From Actinomycetota bacterium (lineage in GTDB: Bacteria > Actinomycetota > JAHEXW01), in the NCBI GenBank assembly GCA_025355855.1, contig JANXYU010000035.1:20604-84603 (forward strand): DNA of 64,000 nt, read 5' to 3'. Made by a program: the position numbers and the translations under genes. The notes under the pieces were generated by a model. The model worked only from the letters and a program-made list of their open reading frames with translations, did not search any database and was not told the origin of the DNA. Positions 1 to 8,241 of this stretch are shown here, one piece after another. Each line of letters begins with the position of its first letter. Within the stretch, counting starts at the first letter, position 1.

Positions 1-185
1 CGGGTACGTGGTTTAATGTGGCCTACGTCACGCACTCCAATGGCGCGGTACTGCTGGTTGTCATCACTTTGGTGACACATTTCTATAATATATACTGGTC
101 AACAGGGCATTTGTCGGACTGTATGATCATCTTTACCGGACAGATGACAGTCCGGCGAGCAAAACTTGACTAAAAGGTTATTCAT

Positions 186-215
186 TTGACAGGACCGGCC
201 GGCGTTATGTAATAT
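186..215 (+). promoter_or_regulatory. Candidate sigma70-type promoter: TTGACA (186-191), 18-nt spacer, TAATAT (210-215); predicted TSS ~222, upstream of RBS GAGGTGG (250-256)
   Basis: Hexamers read directly in the AT-richer 5' region preceding the first cytochrome gene. Confidence 0.3.
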
Positions 216-259
216 TGGTCGGTAGTTCCGACCAGGATTCAACAGGACTGAGGTGGCAG

Positions 260-1093
260 ATGGCAGATCAAGAACGGCGATCCGTGTGGCGCATATTTCT
301 CAACCGGGACAATCTAAAAAGACCCGTTTTCTGGCTTTCCGCGTTAGGTTTCGTTTTTATTATCGCTCTGATTTTGGGCATTCCCGCCTATATTTCGACT
401 CAGAACTCTTATTGCGCCAGCTGTCATGCCATGGAGCATTATTACAAGACCTGGCAGAATTCCACCCACGGCAACTACGCCTGCGTCGATTGCCACGTCG
501 AGCCTGGCGTCTCCAATCTAATGAAGCATTATGTGCGTTCAACGCGCGAGATATTTACCAACCTGGTCGGACAGTCCGGCCATAGCAACAACTTTGTCCG
601 GCCGACCAACGCTTTGTGTTTCACTTGCCACACCGAATACCGCAGCGTTTCGGCCAGCGGCGATCTCTTGATCCCGCATCAGCAACATGTCAAGATGCGC
701 AATCTGGAATGCGTCGACTGTCACCGCTACCTGGTTCACTATACGAATCCGGAAGGCACGTATACCCCGTCAATGACCATTTGTTACAAGTGTCATGACG
801 GCAAGAAGGCGACCAAGGAATGCAAAGCTTGTCATACCAAAAAGGCCTTCCCGGATAGCCACAAAGCGGCCGACTGGGATCAAGTTCATGGCGCTCAAGC
901 CAAGGTTAGCGGCAAGGAATGCGCCAAGTGTCACGCTTGGACCCCGCGCTACTGCGAGGACTGCCATTCGAAGAGACCGGCGTCACACGGCGGCGTTACC
1001 TGGCGAACGATGCATAAAGACCAGGCCATTGAGCGAGCCGACGGTTGCTATGTCTGCCACGGCAAGGCTTACTGTAAGAACTGTCACGACTGA
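260..1093 (+). CDS. Membrane-anchored NapC/NirT-family decaheme c-type cytochrome (putative quinol dehydrogenase); ORF-track start 215 is TTG, ATG at 260 has RBS GAGGTGG
   Basis: N-terminal TM helix followed immediately by CASCH; 10 CXXCH motifs in total (CASCH, CVDCH, CFTCH, CVDCH, CYKCH, CKACH, CAKCH, CEDCH, CYVCH, CKNCH); repeating W..H..CXXCH units in the C-terminal half. Confidence 0.85.
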   Translation: MADQERRSVWRIFLNRDNLKRPVFWLSALGFVFIIALILGIPAYISTQNSYCASCHAMEHYYKTWQNSTHGNYACVDCHVEPGVSNLMKHYVRSTREIFTNLVGQSGHSNNFVRPTNALCFTCHTEYRSVSASGDLLIPHQQHVKMRNLECVDCHRYLVHYTNPEGTYTPSMTICYKCHDGKKATKECKACHTKKAFPDSHKAADWDQVHGAQAKVSGKECAKCHAWTPRYCEDCHSKRPASHGGVTWRTMHKDQAIERADGCYVCHGKAYCKNCHD

Positions 1094-1114
1094 TAATTAG
1101 GAGAGGAACAATAG

Positions 1115-1963
1115 ATGGCTAGATTCGAGCGCCTGAGAAGTTGGTGGAAGCGCACATTCAACAAGGAAAACGCGCGCAAACCGATGTTCTGGGTTATCTG
1201 CGCCGGCATTCTTGGGGCCGTTATCATAGTGGTCGGCTCCGTTCTGTGGGTGACTGAGCAACCGTTTTTCTGCAATTCCTGTCACATCATGAACGCGCCT
1301 TATAAAACTTGGTCTAAATCGACGCATGCCAATGTGCGCTGTACCCAGTGCCATGTTAAGCCCGGCTTCATAGCGATGATTGAACACAAGCCGCAGGGCC
1401 TAAAGGAACTGTGGTCGGTAATTACCAAGAATCCTTCCAAGCCGAGTGAGGTACACCCGCCGGACAACGTGAACTGTGAGCTCTGTCATAAATCGAAACG
1501 CAAAGTCTCGTCAACCGGTGATTTGCTCATCCCGCACGAACAGCACACGAAACTGCGCGGCCTAAAATGTGTCGATTGCCACCGCTGGCTGGTTCATAAG
1601 CAAGGCACAGCGGGCAGCCGCAACCGTCCGCCAATGATCGTCTGTTATAAATGTCATGACGGCAAAAAGGCGCCGAACCGTTGTACCACTTGTCACACCG
1701 AAAAAAATGTGCCTGAGAACCACCTGACGGCCGAGTGGCCGGCGACCCACGCTGAGGTCCAGAAACAGGATCCGGCCTATTGCGAGAAGTGCCATGGCTG
1801 GGTTAAGGACTATTGCACAGAGTGTCATCAGCGCCGTCCGAAGAGTCATGACACCAAGTGGCGTAGTAATCATCGAACCATCGTCGCGGAACGAGGCAAA
1901 GCGGGCTGCATGTTCTGCCACAAAGATGAGTTCTGCGTCCGATGCCACGGTTTGATACCTTAG
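1115..1963 (+). CDS. Paralogous NapC/NirT-family decaheme membrane cytochrome c
   Basis: RBS GGAGAGG upstream; single TM helix; 10 CXXCH; colinear with the 260-1093 protein (e.g. LLIPH.QH.K.R.L.CVDCHR.LVH, CYKCHDGKKA). Confidence 0.85.
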   Translation: MARFERLRSWWKRTFNKENARKPMFWVICAGILGAVIIVVGSVLWVTEQPFFCNSCHIMNAPYKTWSKSTHANVRCTQCHVKPGFIAMIEHKPQGLKELWSVITKNPSKPSEVHPPDNVNCELCHKSKRKVSSTGDLLIPHEQHTKLRGLKCVDCHRWLVHKQGTAGSRNRPPMIVCYKCHDGKKAPNRCTTCHTEKNVPENHLTAEWPATHAEVQKQDPAYCEKCHGWVKDYCTECHQRRPKSHDTKWRSNHRTIVAERGKAGCMFCHKDEFCVRCHGLIP

Positions 1964-2003
1964 ATAATGTCGGGACAAGCGCCCGCGAACAACTGATTGA
2001 CGG

Positions 2004-2040
2004 ACAAGCAACCGCGCAAGTAGGGGTTGCTTGTTTGTCT
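2004..2040 (+). terminator. Rho-independent terminator: perfect 10-bp stem ACAAGCAACC/GGTTGCTTGT, 11-nt loop, T-rich tail (TTTGTCTT)
   Basis: Inverted repeat read directly, 40 nt after the stop of the second cytochrome gene. Confidence 0.5.
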
Positions 2041-2051
2041 TAAGAGGTTAA

Positions 2052-2573
2052 ATGCGTCATCACTCGGAAAAACCCGGAAAACCAGCGTTGTTGCGCCGCG
2101 GCTGTCTTGTCTTGCTCGGTCTGCTTCTACTGATGCCGTTGGCGTCGGGCTGCCAGCAACTGGCGACGCTGACGAAGACGGTTTCCAAAAGTACCTCGTC
2201 GTCGAGCCCATCAGGTCAAACTACCGACACCACCGGCCCTCTCAAAATGGATAAGCGCGACGCTCCAGGCACCGACGTCGGGGATCTAGCCCGCTATCCC
2301 GGCAGTGTGCGGCAATCGGATACGGTCGTGGCCGGACCGGGTGGCAAACAGAGCGGCACGTTAATCTACCAAACACCTGACCAGGTTTCTGAAGTCCTTA
2401 ACTTCTTTGAGAAAGAAGCGGACCGGCAAGACTGGACTATCGACGTCGTGTTGGATACTAAGGACGGCAAGATAATGCAGCTGGTCAAGGGTAATCGCAA
2501 GGCCGCGTTGAATATCGCGCGCCGCGAAGGCATCGACTTTACCGATATCATAATCCAATACAGGGAATTCTAA
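2052..2573 (+). CDS. Hypothetical lipoprotein (lipobox LASGC; Ser/Thr-rich linker)
   Basis: RBS AAGAGG 5 nt before the ATG; signal peptide with lipobox cysteine. Confidence 0.6.
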   Translation: MRHHSEKPGKPALLRRGCLVLLGLLLLMPLASGCQQLATLTKTVSKSTSSSSPSGQTTDTTGPLKMDKRDAPGTDVGDLARYPGSVRQSDTVVAGPGGKQSGTLIYQTPDQVSEVLNFFEKEADRQDWTIDVVLDTKDGKIMQLVKGNRKAALNIARREGIDFTDIIIQYREF

Positions 2574-2579
2574 TGTCCC

Positions 2580-4091
2580 GTGACTTGCGCTAAGCGTATC
2601 GTTTTAGCCGCCCTCGCGGGCGGCCTCCTAATTCTCAGTTTCCCTTGGGCCCGCCAAGGGTGGCTGGTCTATCTCGCGTTGCTTCCTCTTTTGGTAATAA
2701 TCTATAACACTCGCCCTTGGCAAGCCTGGCTTTACGGCTGGCTAACCGGCGCCGTCTTCTTTGGCGGGTTGTGTTATTGGGTCAGCTTTTATGGCCTTCT
2801 GCCGTGGTTGATAATGGCCGTCGGTATTGGGATATTCTTTGGCGCGGCGGCCGCCGGCGCGAGCTGGCTGGCGGCTCGCCTTGGGTCCGCGGCACGATTG
2901 TTGGCGCTGCCGGCCCTTTGGGCGGGGCTCGAGATATTGCGGTCGGAGACAGGCGTCTACAGTTTTCCCTTCGGCGTGCTCGGTTATTCCCAAGCCGGCT
3001 GGCAACCGGCGCTCGGGCTCGCGTCCTTCATCGGGGTCTATGGTATTTCCTTTGTCATTGTCATTGTAAACGTCGCTTTGTTTGAGGCGGCGCGCGTTTG
3101 GCGCAAGGAGAAAAGCCCGCGCTTCAGTGCCGCCGCGGCGGCCTTGTCTGTCGCGATCCTGGCGTTGGCCTTGGGCGCGTGGTCGGCGGCGACGGTTCCG
3201 GCAGGCGCGGGACCGGTCATCAAGGTAGCCTTAGTCCAGGCTAGTGTGCCCCAAGACGAGAAATGGCTGGCGACAAAACGAGATCAGATTATGACCGAGT
3301 ATAAGTCGCTGGTGCGCCGCGCCGCGCGCGGCCATCCCGACGTGATTGTCTTGCCGGAGGCAGCTTTGCCGGCTTATGTAGAAAAGGACAGTCCGCTATA
3401 CGAGGAGCTGGTTGGATGGGCTAAAGATGTCGAGACGCCGATTTTAGCCGGAGTTCCTCTTCTTAAAGGTAACGAAGCCATGAATACGGCGGTTCTGTTT
3501 GACGGCCGGGGCCGTTTCCTAGCTGACTACGCGAAGATGATCCCGACCCTATTTGGAGAGCAAGTGCCCTGGCGGCCGGTGACCGAGTTTATCTACCCGA
3601 TGTTCCGTTCGATCGGCGACATCACAGCCGGGCGGACCCAAACGATATTCCGCCTCCCCATACACCGCGAGGCGTTGACCTTTGGGGTATTGATCTGCTC
3701 GGAGTCGTTTTACCAGAGTCTAGCGCGGCAAGCGGTTGGCCGGGGCGGCGAGACCCTTTTCGTAATTACCAATGACGCCTGGTTTCGTTCATCGTCGGAA
3801 GCGCGTCTCCACTTCGACATGACCGCGTTCCGGGCGGCTGAAAATGGGCGGGAGGTAACGCAGACCGGCAACACCGGCATATCGGGTCACTTTGACGCCT
3901 CCGGTCACCCGGTCGAGACACTTGGGTTGGGGAACACGGGCGTTGTATTCGCAAAAGTGCAGGCTCGGACTGGGCGCACACTATATGGCCGGGGCGGCTG
4001 GTTTTTTCCCTACGCTTTGCTGATGGTCACGGCGTTGCTGCTAGGTCTATACCTAGCTGGTGAACGTTTGCACAAAGCCACAAAAGGCTAG
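2580..4091 (+). CDS. lnt: Apolipoprotein N-acyltransferase (Lnt): polytopic N-terminal membrane domain plus C-terminal CN-hydrolase (nitrilase-like) domain
   Basis: Multiple N-terminal TM helices; CN-hydrolase catalytic-triad context (VLPEAALPAY Glu, Lys, ICSESFY Cys); GTG start. Confidence 0.75.
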   Translation: MTCAKRIVLAALAGGLLILSFPWARQGWLVYLALLPLLVIIYNTRPWQAWLYGWLTGAVFFGGLCYWVSFYGLLPWLIMAVGIGIFFGAAAAGASWLAARLGSAARLLALPALWAGLEILRSETGVYSFPFGVLGYSQAGWQPALGLASFIGVYGISFVIVIVNVALFEAARVWRKEKSPRFSAAAAALSVAILALALGAWSAATVPAGAGPVIKVALVQASVPQDEKWLATKRDQIMTEYKSLVRRAARGHPDVIVLPEAALPAYVEKDSPLYEELVGWAKDVETPILAGVPLLKGNEAMNTAVLFDGRGRFLADYAKMIPTLFGEQVPWRPVTEFIYPMFRSIGDITAGRTQTIFRLPIHREALTFGVLICSESFYQSLARQAVGRGGETLFVITNDAWFRSSSEARLHFDMTAFRAAENGREVTQTGNTGISGHFDASGHPVETLGLGNTGVVFAKVQARTGRTLYGRGGWFFPYALLMVTALLLGLYLAGERLHKATKG

Positions 4092-4143
4092 TATAATTTA
4101 GTGGATATGCCCTATCGCGTAGCATAAACCATTTAGCATAAAC
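4067..4143 (+). promoter_or_regulatory. Candidate promoter (TTGCAC 4067-4072, 18-nt spacer, TATAAT 4092-4097) followed by a 9-bp direct repeat AGCATAAAC (4121-4129 and 4135-4143, 5-nt spacer) in the leader of the dodecaheme cytochrome gene
   Basis: Read directly. A second TATAAT (4152-4157) overlaps the ATG and is therefore not taken as the promoter. Confidence 0.25.
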
Positions 4144-4155
4144 AAAGTTGGTATA

Positions 4156-5235
4156 ATGGCAGACGAGACGCCACAAGATAAGAAAGCGCAACCGCCGAAG
4201 AAATCTTCCGTGCCGGTAGAAGCGGCCGGCAAGGCTCAGCCGCAGCGGCGGCCGGTTCCGCGCAAGAGACCGGTGCGGCGTCGCGCTCTAGATCGCCGGG
4301 GTCATCCGGTATTGCGCCGGGTCATTAATATTGCCGCCGCCGTCGGTGTCCTGCTCCTCCTACTGGTTTTCCTTGGTTTGCCCAATCTTGTGACCTATCA
4401 GCCGAGTTTCTGCGGCGCTTGCCATCCTGAAGTCTACAGAGAATGGTCTACTTCCACACACGCCAAGACAGGGTGTATGACCTGCCACGTCAAAAGCGGC
4501 TTCGGCAACCTCATGCTCAGCCGCGTAGGCCTGCTGCAGCGCATCTATCTGAGGATTAATCCTGGCGAAGTGACCAGAATGAAAGCGAGCAAAGAGAAAC
4601 CGATCGGTTTCGTGGCACCGCCTCCGAACGAGGTTTGTCTGCCGTGTCATGAGGCTCGCAAAAGGATTTCCCAGGGCGGCGACATTATTATCCCGCATCA
4701 GTCCCACATCAAGATCAGACAGCTGTCCTGTACCGATTGTCATGAGAGTTTTGTTTGCGCCCGCATCGGGAAAACAAAAGCGATTGTTACGATGGAAGGC
4801 TGTTACCGTTGTCACAATGGTCGCCGGGCGACCAACGAGTGTACCGCTTGCCACACAGAAAAAGGCGCTCCGCCGTCGCACCGGGGCAAGTGGGTCCTAA
4901 GTCACGGGGCGGAAGCGCAAGCAGATAAAAACGCTTGCATGGAATGCCATTCGAAGCCGAAGGACTTTTGCAAGAACTGTCACGGCAACAAGCCCCCTAG
5001 CCATGTCGCGGACTTTGCCGTGACGCACAGTGTGGTCGCTGCGCAGAACAAGGCGGCTTGCCTGGAGTGTCACGACGAGAAGGTGACTTGCGCCAAATGC
5101 CATGGTGAAAGCGGCCAGGCGCATGACTCCAACTGGCGCAGCGTTCATCCGACTATCGCCCGTAACGGCATTCGGGATTGTTTTACCTGTCATAGTAAAT
5201 ACCACTGCAACGCGTGCCATCGTAATCCGTCCTAA
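4156..5235 (+). CDS. NapC/NirT-family dodecaheme membrane cytochrome c with a Lys/Pro/Arg-rich cytoplasmic N-terminal tail
   Basis: ~55-aa basic low-complexity tail, then a TM helix; 12 CXXCH (CGACH ... CNACH); paralogous to the 260 and 1115 proteins. Confidence 0.85.
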   Translation: MADETPQDKKAQPPKKSSVPVEAAGKAQPQRRPVPRKRPVRRRALDRRGHPVLRRVINIAAAVGVLLLLLVFLGLPNLVTYQPSFCGACHPEVYREWSTSTHAKTGCMTCHVKSGFGNLMLSRVGLLQRIYLRINPGEVTRMKASKEKPIGFVAPPPNEVCLPCHEARKRISQGGDIIIPHQSHIKIRQLSCTDCHESFVCARIGKTKAIVTMEGCYRCHNGRRATNECTACHTEKGAPPSHRGKWVLSHGAEAQADKNACMECHSKPKDFCKNCHGNKPPSHVADFAVTHSVVAAQNKAACLECHDEKVTCAKCHGESGQAHDSNWRSVHPTIARNGIRDCFTCHSKYHCNACHRNPS

Positions 5236-5259
5236 CGCACTAAGGAGGCGTATCGCTTC

Positions 5260-5892
5260 ATGCGTCCGGAAATCATCCCCGAGCCAACGTTAGTCAGACT
5301 CACCATCTACGGACGGTGTTTGAACGACCTGATGGAAGAAGGGGCCACCCTCGTCGCCTCGGATGAATTAGCGCATCGAGCCGGGGTAAACGCGGCCCAA
5401 GTGCGTAAAGACCTTTCCTATCTAGGCAGTTTCGGCCGACGGGGTGTCGGTTATGACGTCAGGCATCTTTCTGATCGGATTGCCACCGCCATGGGATTAA
5501 CCAAAGAGCGAGGTTTCATAATCGTCGGGGCTGGCCGCTTAGGCAGCGCGCTCATGGGTTACGACGGTTTTAACAAGAAGGGTTTTCGGGCTGCCGCAGC
5601 CTTTGACGCGGATATAAACAAGGTCGGGCAAGCGATCGGGTCGATAACGATTCGCGACATAAATGAACTGCCGTCGTTCGTCCACTCAAACGGCACTGAG
5701 ATCGGGATTATTACGGTGCCCGCCTCCCATGCCCAAGCGGTGGCCGACAACTTGGTGAAATCCGGTATCAAAGCCATCCTTAATTTCGCACCGATCGTTA
5801 TCAAGGTGCCAGCCGGGATTCGTTACCGGCAGGTTGAGTTGTCGAGCGAGATGGAAGTCCTAGCCCACTACCTCAACTCTCAGGGGGATTAA
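5260..5892 (+). CDS. rex: Redox-sensing transcriptional repressor Rex (NADH/NAD+ sensor)
   Basis: RBS AAGGAGG; N-terminal wHTH (PEPTLVRLTIYGRCLNDL..ASDELAHRAGVNAAQVRKDLSYLGSFGRRGVGYDV) plus a Rossmann GAGRLG motif, which is the Rex family hallmark. Confidence 0.9.
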   Translation: MRPEIIPEPTLVRLTIYGRCLNDLMEEGATLVASDELAHRAGVNAAQVRKDLSYLGSFGRRGVGYDVRHLSDRIATAMGLTKERGFIIVGAGRLGSALMGYDGFNKKGFRAAAAFDADINKVGQAIGSITIRDINELPSFVHSNGTEIGIITVPASHAQAVADNLVKSGIKAILNFAPIVIKVPAGIRYRQVELSSEMEVLAHYLNSQGD

Positions 5893-5904
5893 TGTCGCGA
5901 CGGT

Positions 5905-6615
5905 ATGGATCCAGCTGAGAAGCGCCGCGTAATGGTCGCCGGTGCCGCTTCTCTCACGGTCGTGTTCGTGCTGGCCTATATCATGTTACGCTTATCCGCC
6001 GGCCTAGCCCCCCAGGCCGATGCCTACCGTCGGGCCGACAACCGACAAACATTGGGCACGCATAGCCGTTTCATAGTTTACGATTTCTCCCGCGGCTCCA
6101 GTGTAGCCGTCGATATGGTTTGCGTGAAAGTGAGTCGCCATGCCGCCGTGTATGCTGAGCCCGCCTTAACATTGGCGCCCGGTTTGGTTGATCGGATCGG
6201 CACGGAATTTGACGATAACATCTTCCCGCTCAATAAAGCCGGCCTGGCGCCCCCGGCTTTAATGGGTTTGAACGGGACGAAGATGACAAAGATATTACTT
6301 CTGGAAGAGAGGCGCGGGCGGTCGGCCAATGGGAAGAAGATGCTGGCCGGCTATTACACGCAACAGAACGAACAGTTGCGCGCCTATCAGTCTGCCAGCA
6401 ACCAAGCCAAAATCGTGCATGTGTTTGTCGGTAATTTCGATGTCGACCAGGACGATATTATGGATACGGTCGCGCACGAAACACGTCATCTTACCAATTG
6501 GGCGGAAACACGCAACAACGTTGGCATGGCAATTAGCGGTCTCTTCGCCCTGGCCACTGTCATAACCCTTTATCTAGGTTTATCTCATATGTATTTGAGG
6601 AGCTTCGCGGCGTGA
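5905..6615 (+). CDS. Membrane protein with an HExxH motif (HETRH); putative Zn-metallopeptidase-like
   Basis: N- and C-terminal TM helices; a single HExxH; no further family assignment possible by eye. Confidence 0.45.
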   Translation: MDPAEKRRVMVAGAASLTVVFVLAYIMLRLSAGLAPQADAYRRADNRQTLGTHSRFIVYDFSRGSSVAVDMVCVKVSRHAAVYAEPALTLAPGLVDRIGTEFDDNIFPLNKAGLAPPALMGLNGTKMTKILLLEERRGRSANGKKMLAGYYTQQNEQLRAYQSASNQAKIVHVFVGNFDVDQDDIMDTVAHETRHLTNWAETRNNVGMAISGLFALATVITLYLGLSHMYLRSFAA

Positions 6616-8027
6616 ACCACGACATCTTTGATCGCGTTATCATGGCCTTGATATTCATTTTCTATGTTGTCTTATTCGAGGCATGGTTGATTATCTCGCC
6701 CGATCCCAGCTGGGGCGGAGTTGAGTTGATCTTCATGACCATCCCGATTCTGACGATGGTCATCCTCTACAATCTGGGAGTGGGAGCCGCCGTTGGCATA
6801 TTTTTGCTCGCGCTTTACGTTCCGGCAATTTCACCGGCTATGGCGGCCGGTACTGTTTCCGGGCCCGAATTATTGATGAAATTCATCCTGATCGGCGCTT
6901 TGGCATTCGGAGCGGCAATCTACAAAAGATTTGAGGAGAAGAAAAGGGAACGCATACGCCGTTTGGCGACCCGTCTGCAGCGCAAGGTTGATCAACAGAC
7001 CGACATCATTCAAGCGCAACAAGCTCTCGGCGCCAATCTGGACTTATCCGGCCAGCTGGACGCTTTTCTGCACTGGTCGATCCGGCTGGTCAACGCGCGG
7101 GCTGGCTACATCGCGGTCTATGACAAAGAGAGACGTCGGATAGTCGGGGCGCACTCGGACCGGCGGGGTGCGACCCCAGGCGCAACCGTTTTGCCGCCGC
7201 CTTTCACAAAGCTTAAACAGCAGGGTTCGACCGCCCCCGACAGCAGCGTTATAGACACGTTTATAAGCGAAATGGAACAACTGGACGACAGCATCTGCGT
7301 GCCTCTGCGGGTGCGTAAAGAGACCGTGGGAGCGCTCTGCCTGACGCCGCATCCAGAGCGATATTTTTCCGACGAGGACGCGGAGTTGATCGCGATGCTT
7401 GGGGTCAAGGCGGCCATCGCGATCGAGAACGCCAAACTTCACGAACTTAATATCCAGTTGTTCGTTGACAGCATCCGGGCCCTGGCTAAGATAATCAATC
7501 TGCGCGACCCTTTGACAAAGGACCACTCGGATAGAGTTGCGCATATGGCCGGACGTCTGGCCCGGCATATAGGGTTGCGCGGACAACCGCTGTCGAATGT
7601 TGTCCTAGCGGCTGACCTGCACGACATAGGCCGCATTGTGATCCCGGACAAGATTTTGAATAAACCGGGCCGACTGACCAAACAAGAATATGAGGTAGTT
7701 AAGCAACACCCGGCAGCGGGCTTTGATCTACTGCAAGGTGTGCGCGCGCTAAAGGACGTGTTGCCCGGCATCCGCTACCACCACGAACGATTTGACGGCG
7801 ACGGCTATCCGGATGGCTTAAGCGGCGAAGCGATACCTTTGATTGCCCGGATCATCGCTGTCGCCGATGTTTTCGAGGCGCTGACTTCAACCCGGTCCCA
7901 TCGCGGAGCGGTCACTCCGGAGGAAGCTGGGAAGGTCCTAAATGAGGTCGCTGGCAGCCAGCTCGACCCCGAGCTCGTGAAAGCTTTCCTAAATACCTAC
8001 AAGCTGGCGGAAGGCGTCGCCAAATGA
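6612..8027 (+). CDS. Membrane-anchored GAF plus HD-GYP domain protein (c-di-GMP phosphodiesterase)
   Basis: N-terminal TM helices, coiled-coil, GAF-like middle region; HD motif (LHDIGRIVIPDKILNKPGRLT) and GYP-like motif (HHERFDGDGYPDGL). Confidence 0.8.
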   Translation: MNHDIFDRVIMALIFIFYVVLFEAWLIISPDPSWGGVELIFMTIPILTMVILYNLGVGAAVGIFLLALYVPAISPAMAAGTVSGPELLMKFILIGALAFGAAIYKRFEEKKRERIRRLATRLQRKVDQQTDIIQAQQALGANLDLSGQLDAFLHWSIRLVNARAGYIAVYDKERRRIVGAHSDRRGATPGATVLPPPFTKLKQQGSTAPDSSVIDTFISEMEQLDDSICVPLRVRKETVGALCLTPHPERYFSDEDAELIAMLGVKAAIAIENAKLHELNIQLFVDSIRALAKIINLRDPLTKDHSDRVAHMAGRLARHIGLRGQPLSNVVLAADLHDIGRIVIPDKILNKPGRLTKQEYEVVKQHPAAGFDLLQGVRALKDVLPGIRYHHERFDGDGYPDGLSGEAIPLIARIIAVADVFEALTSTRSHRGAVTPEEAGKVLNEVAGSQLDPELVKAFLNTYKLAEGVAK

Positions 8028-8084
8028 AGCCTTGTGAGCAGGCGTTATGCTGAACACTAGTTGTCACGAGGCGGCGCCGCAAGC

Positions 8085-8113
8085 TTGCCAAGACCAGGTG
8101 GACTTGTTACAAT
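8085..8113 (+). promoter_or_regulatory. Candidate promoter: TTGCCA (8085-8090), 17-nt spacer, TACAAT (8108-8113), upstream of the 15-heme cytochrome gene
   Basis: Read directly in the 214-bp intergenic region. Confidence 0.3.
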
Positions 8114-8241
8114 TGAAGGGCTCCAATTTCGCACTTGAAACGCTATATTTGCTCCCTATTCGGCTGTTTGGAAGGCATCAAACTGTCGATACACTAGGTA
8201 GGGAGTATTGTCGTGCGCTCCGTGGCGAACATTAAGGATAA

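Noticed and set aside
59-77. TGTCA-N9-TGACA inverted repeat in the first promoter region; Rex operator search
   Set aside because: The half-site orientation and spacing do not match the Rex consensus (TTGTGAA-N-TTCACAA). I could not find a convincing Rex box by eye anywhere upstream of the cytochrome genes, and a 5-bp inverted repeat is weak evidence.
253-1100. Alternative-frame + strand ORFs overlapping real genes (253-585, 795-1100, 2717-3085, 13068-13517 and others)
   Set aside because: They are embedded in other frames of well-supported cytochrome or Lnt genes, and their Arg-rich composition is typical of frame-shifted GC-rich coding sequence.
4152-4157. TATAAT hexamer (within TGGTATAAT) overlapping the ATG of the dodecaheme cytochrome gene
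   Set aside because: A -10 element that overlaps the start codon cannot serve that start. The hit is probably coincidental, and the upstream TTGCAC/TATAAT pair is the more plausible promoter.
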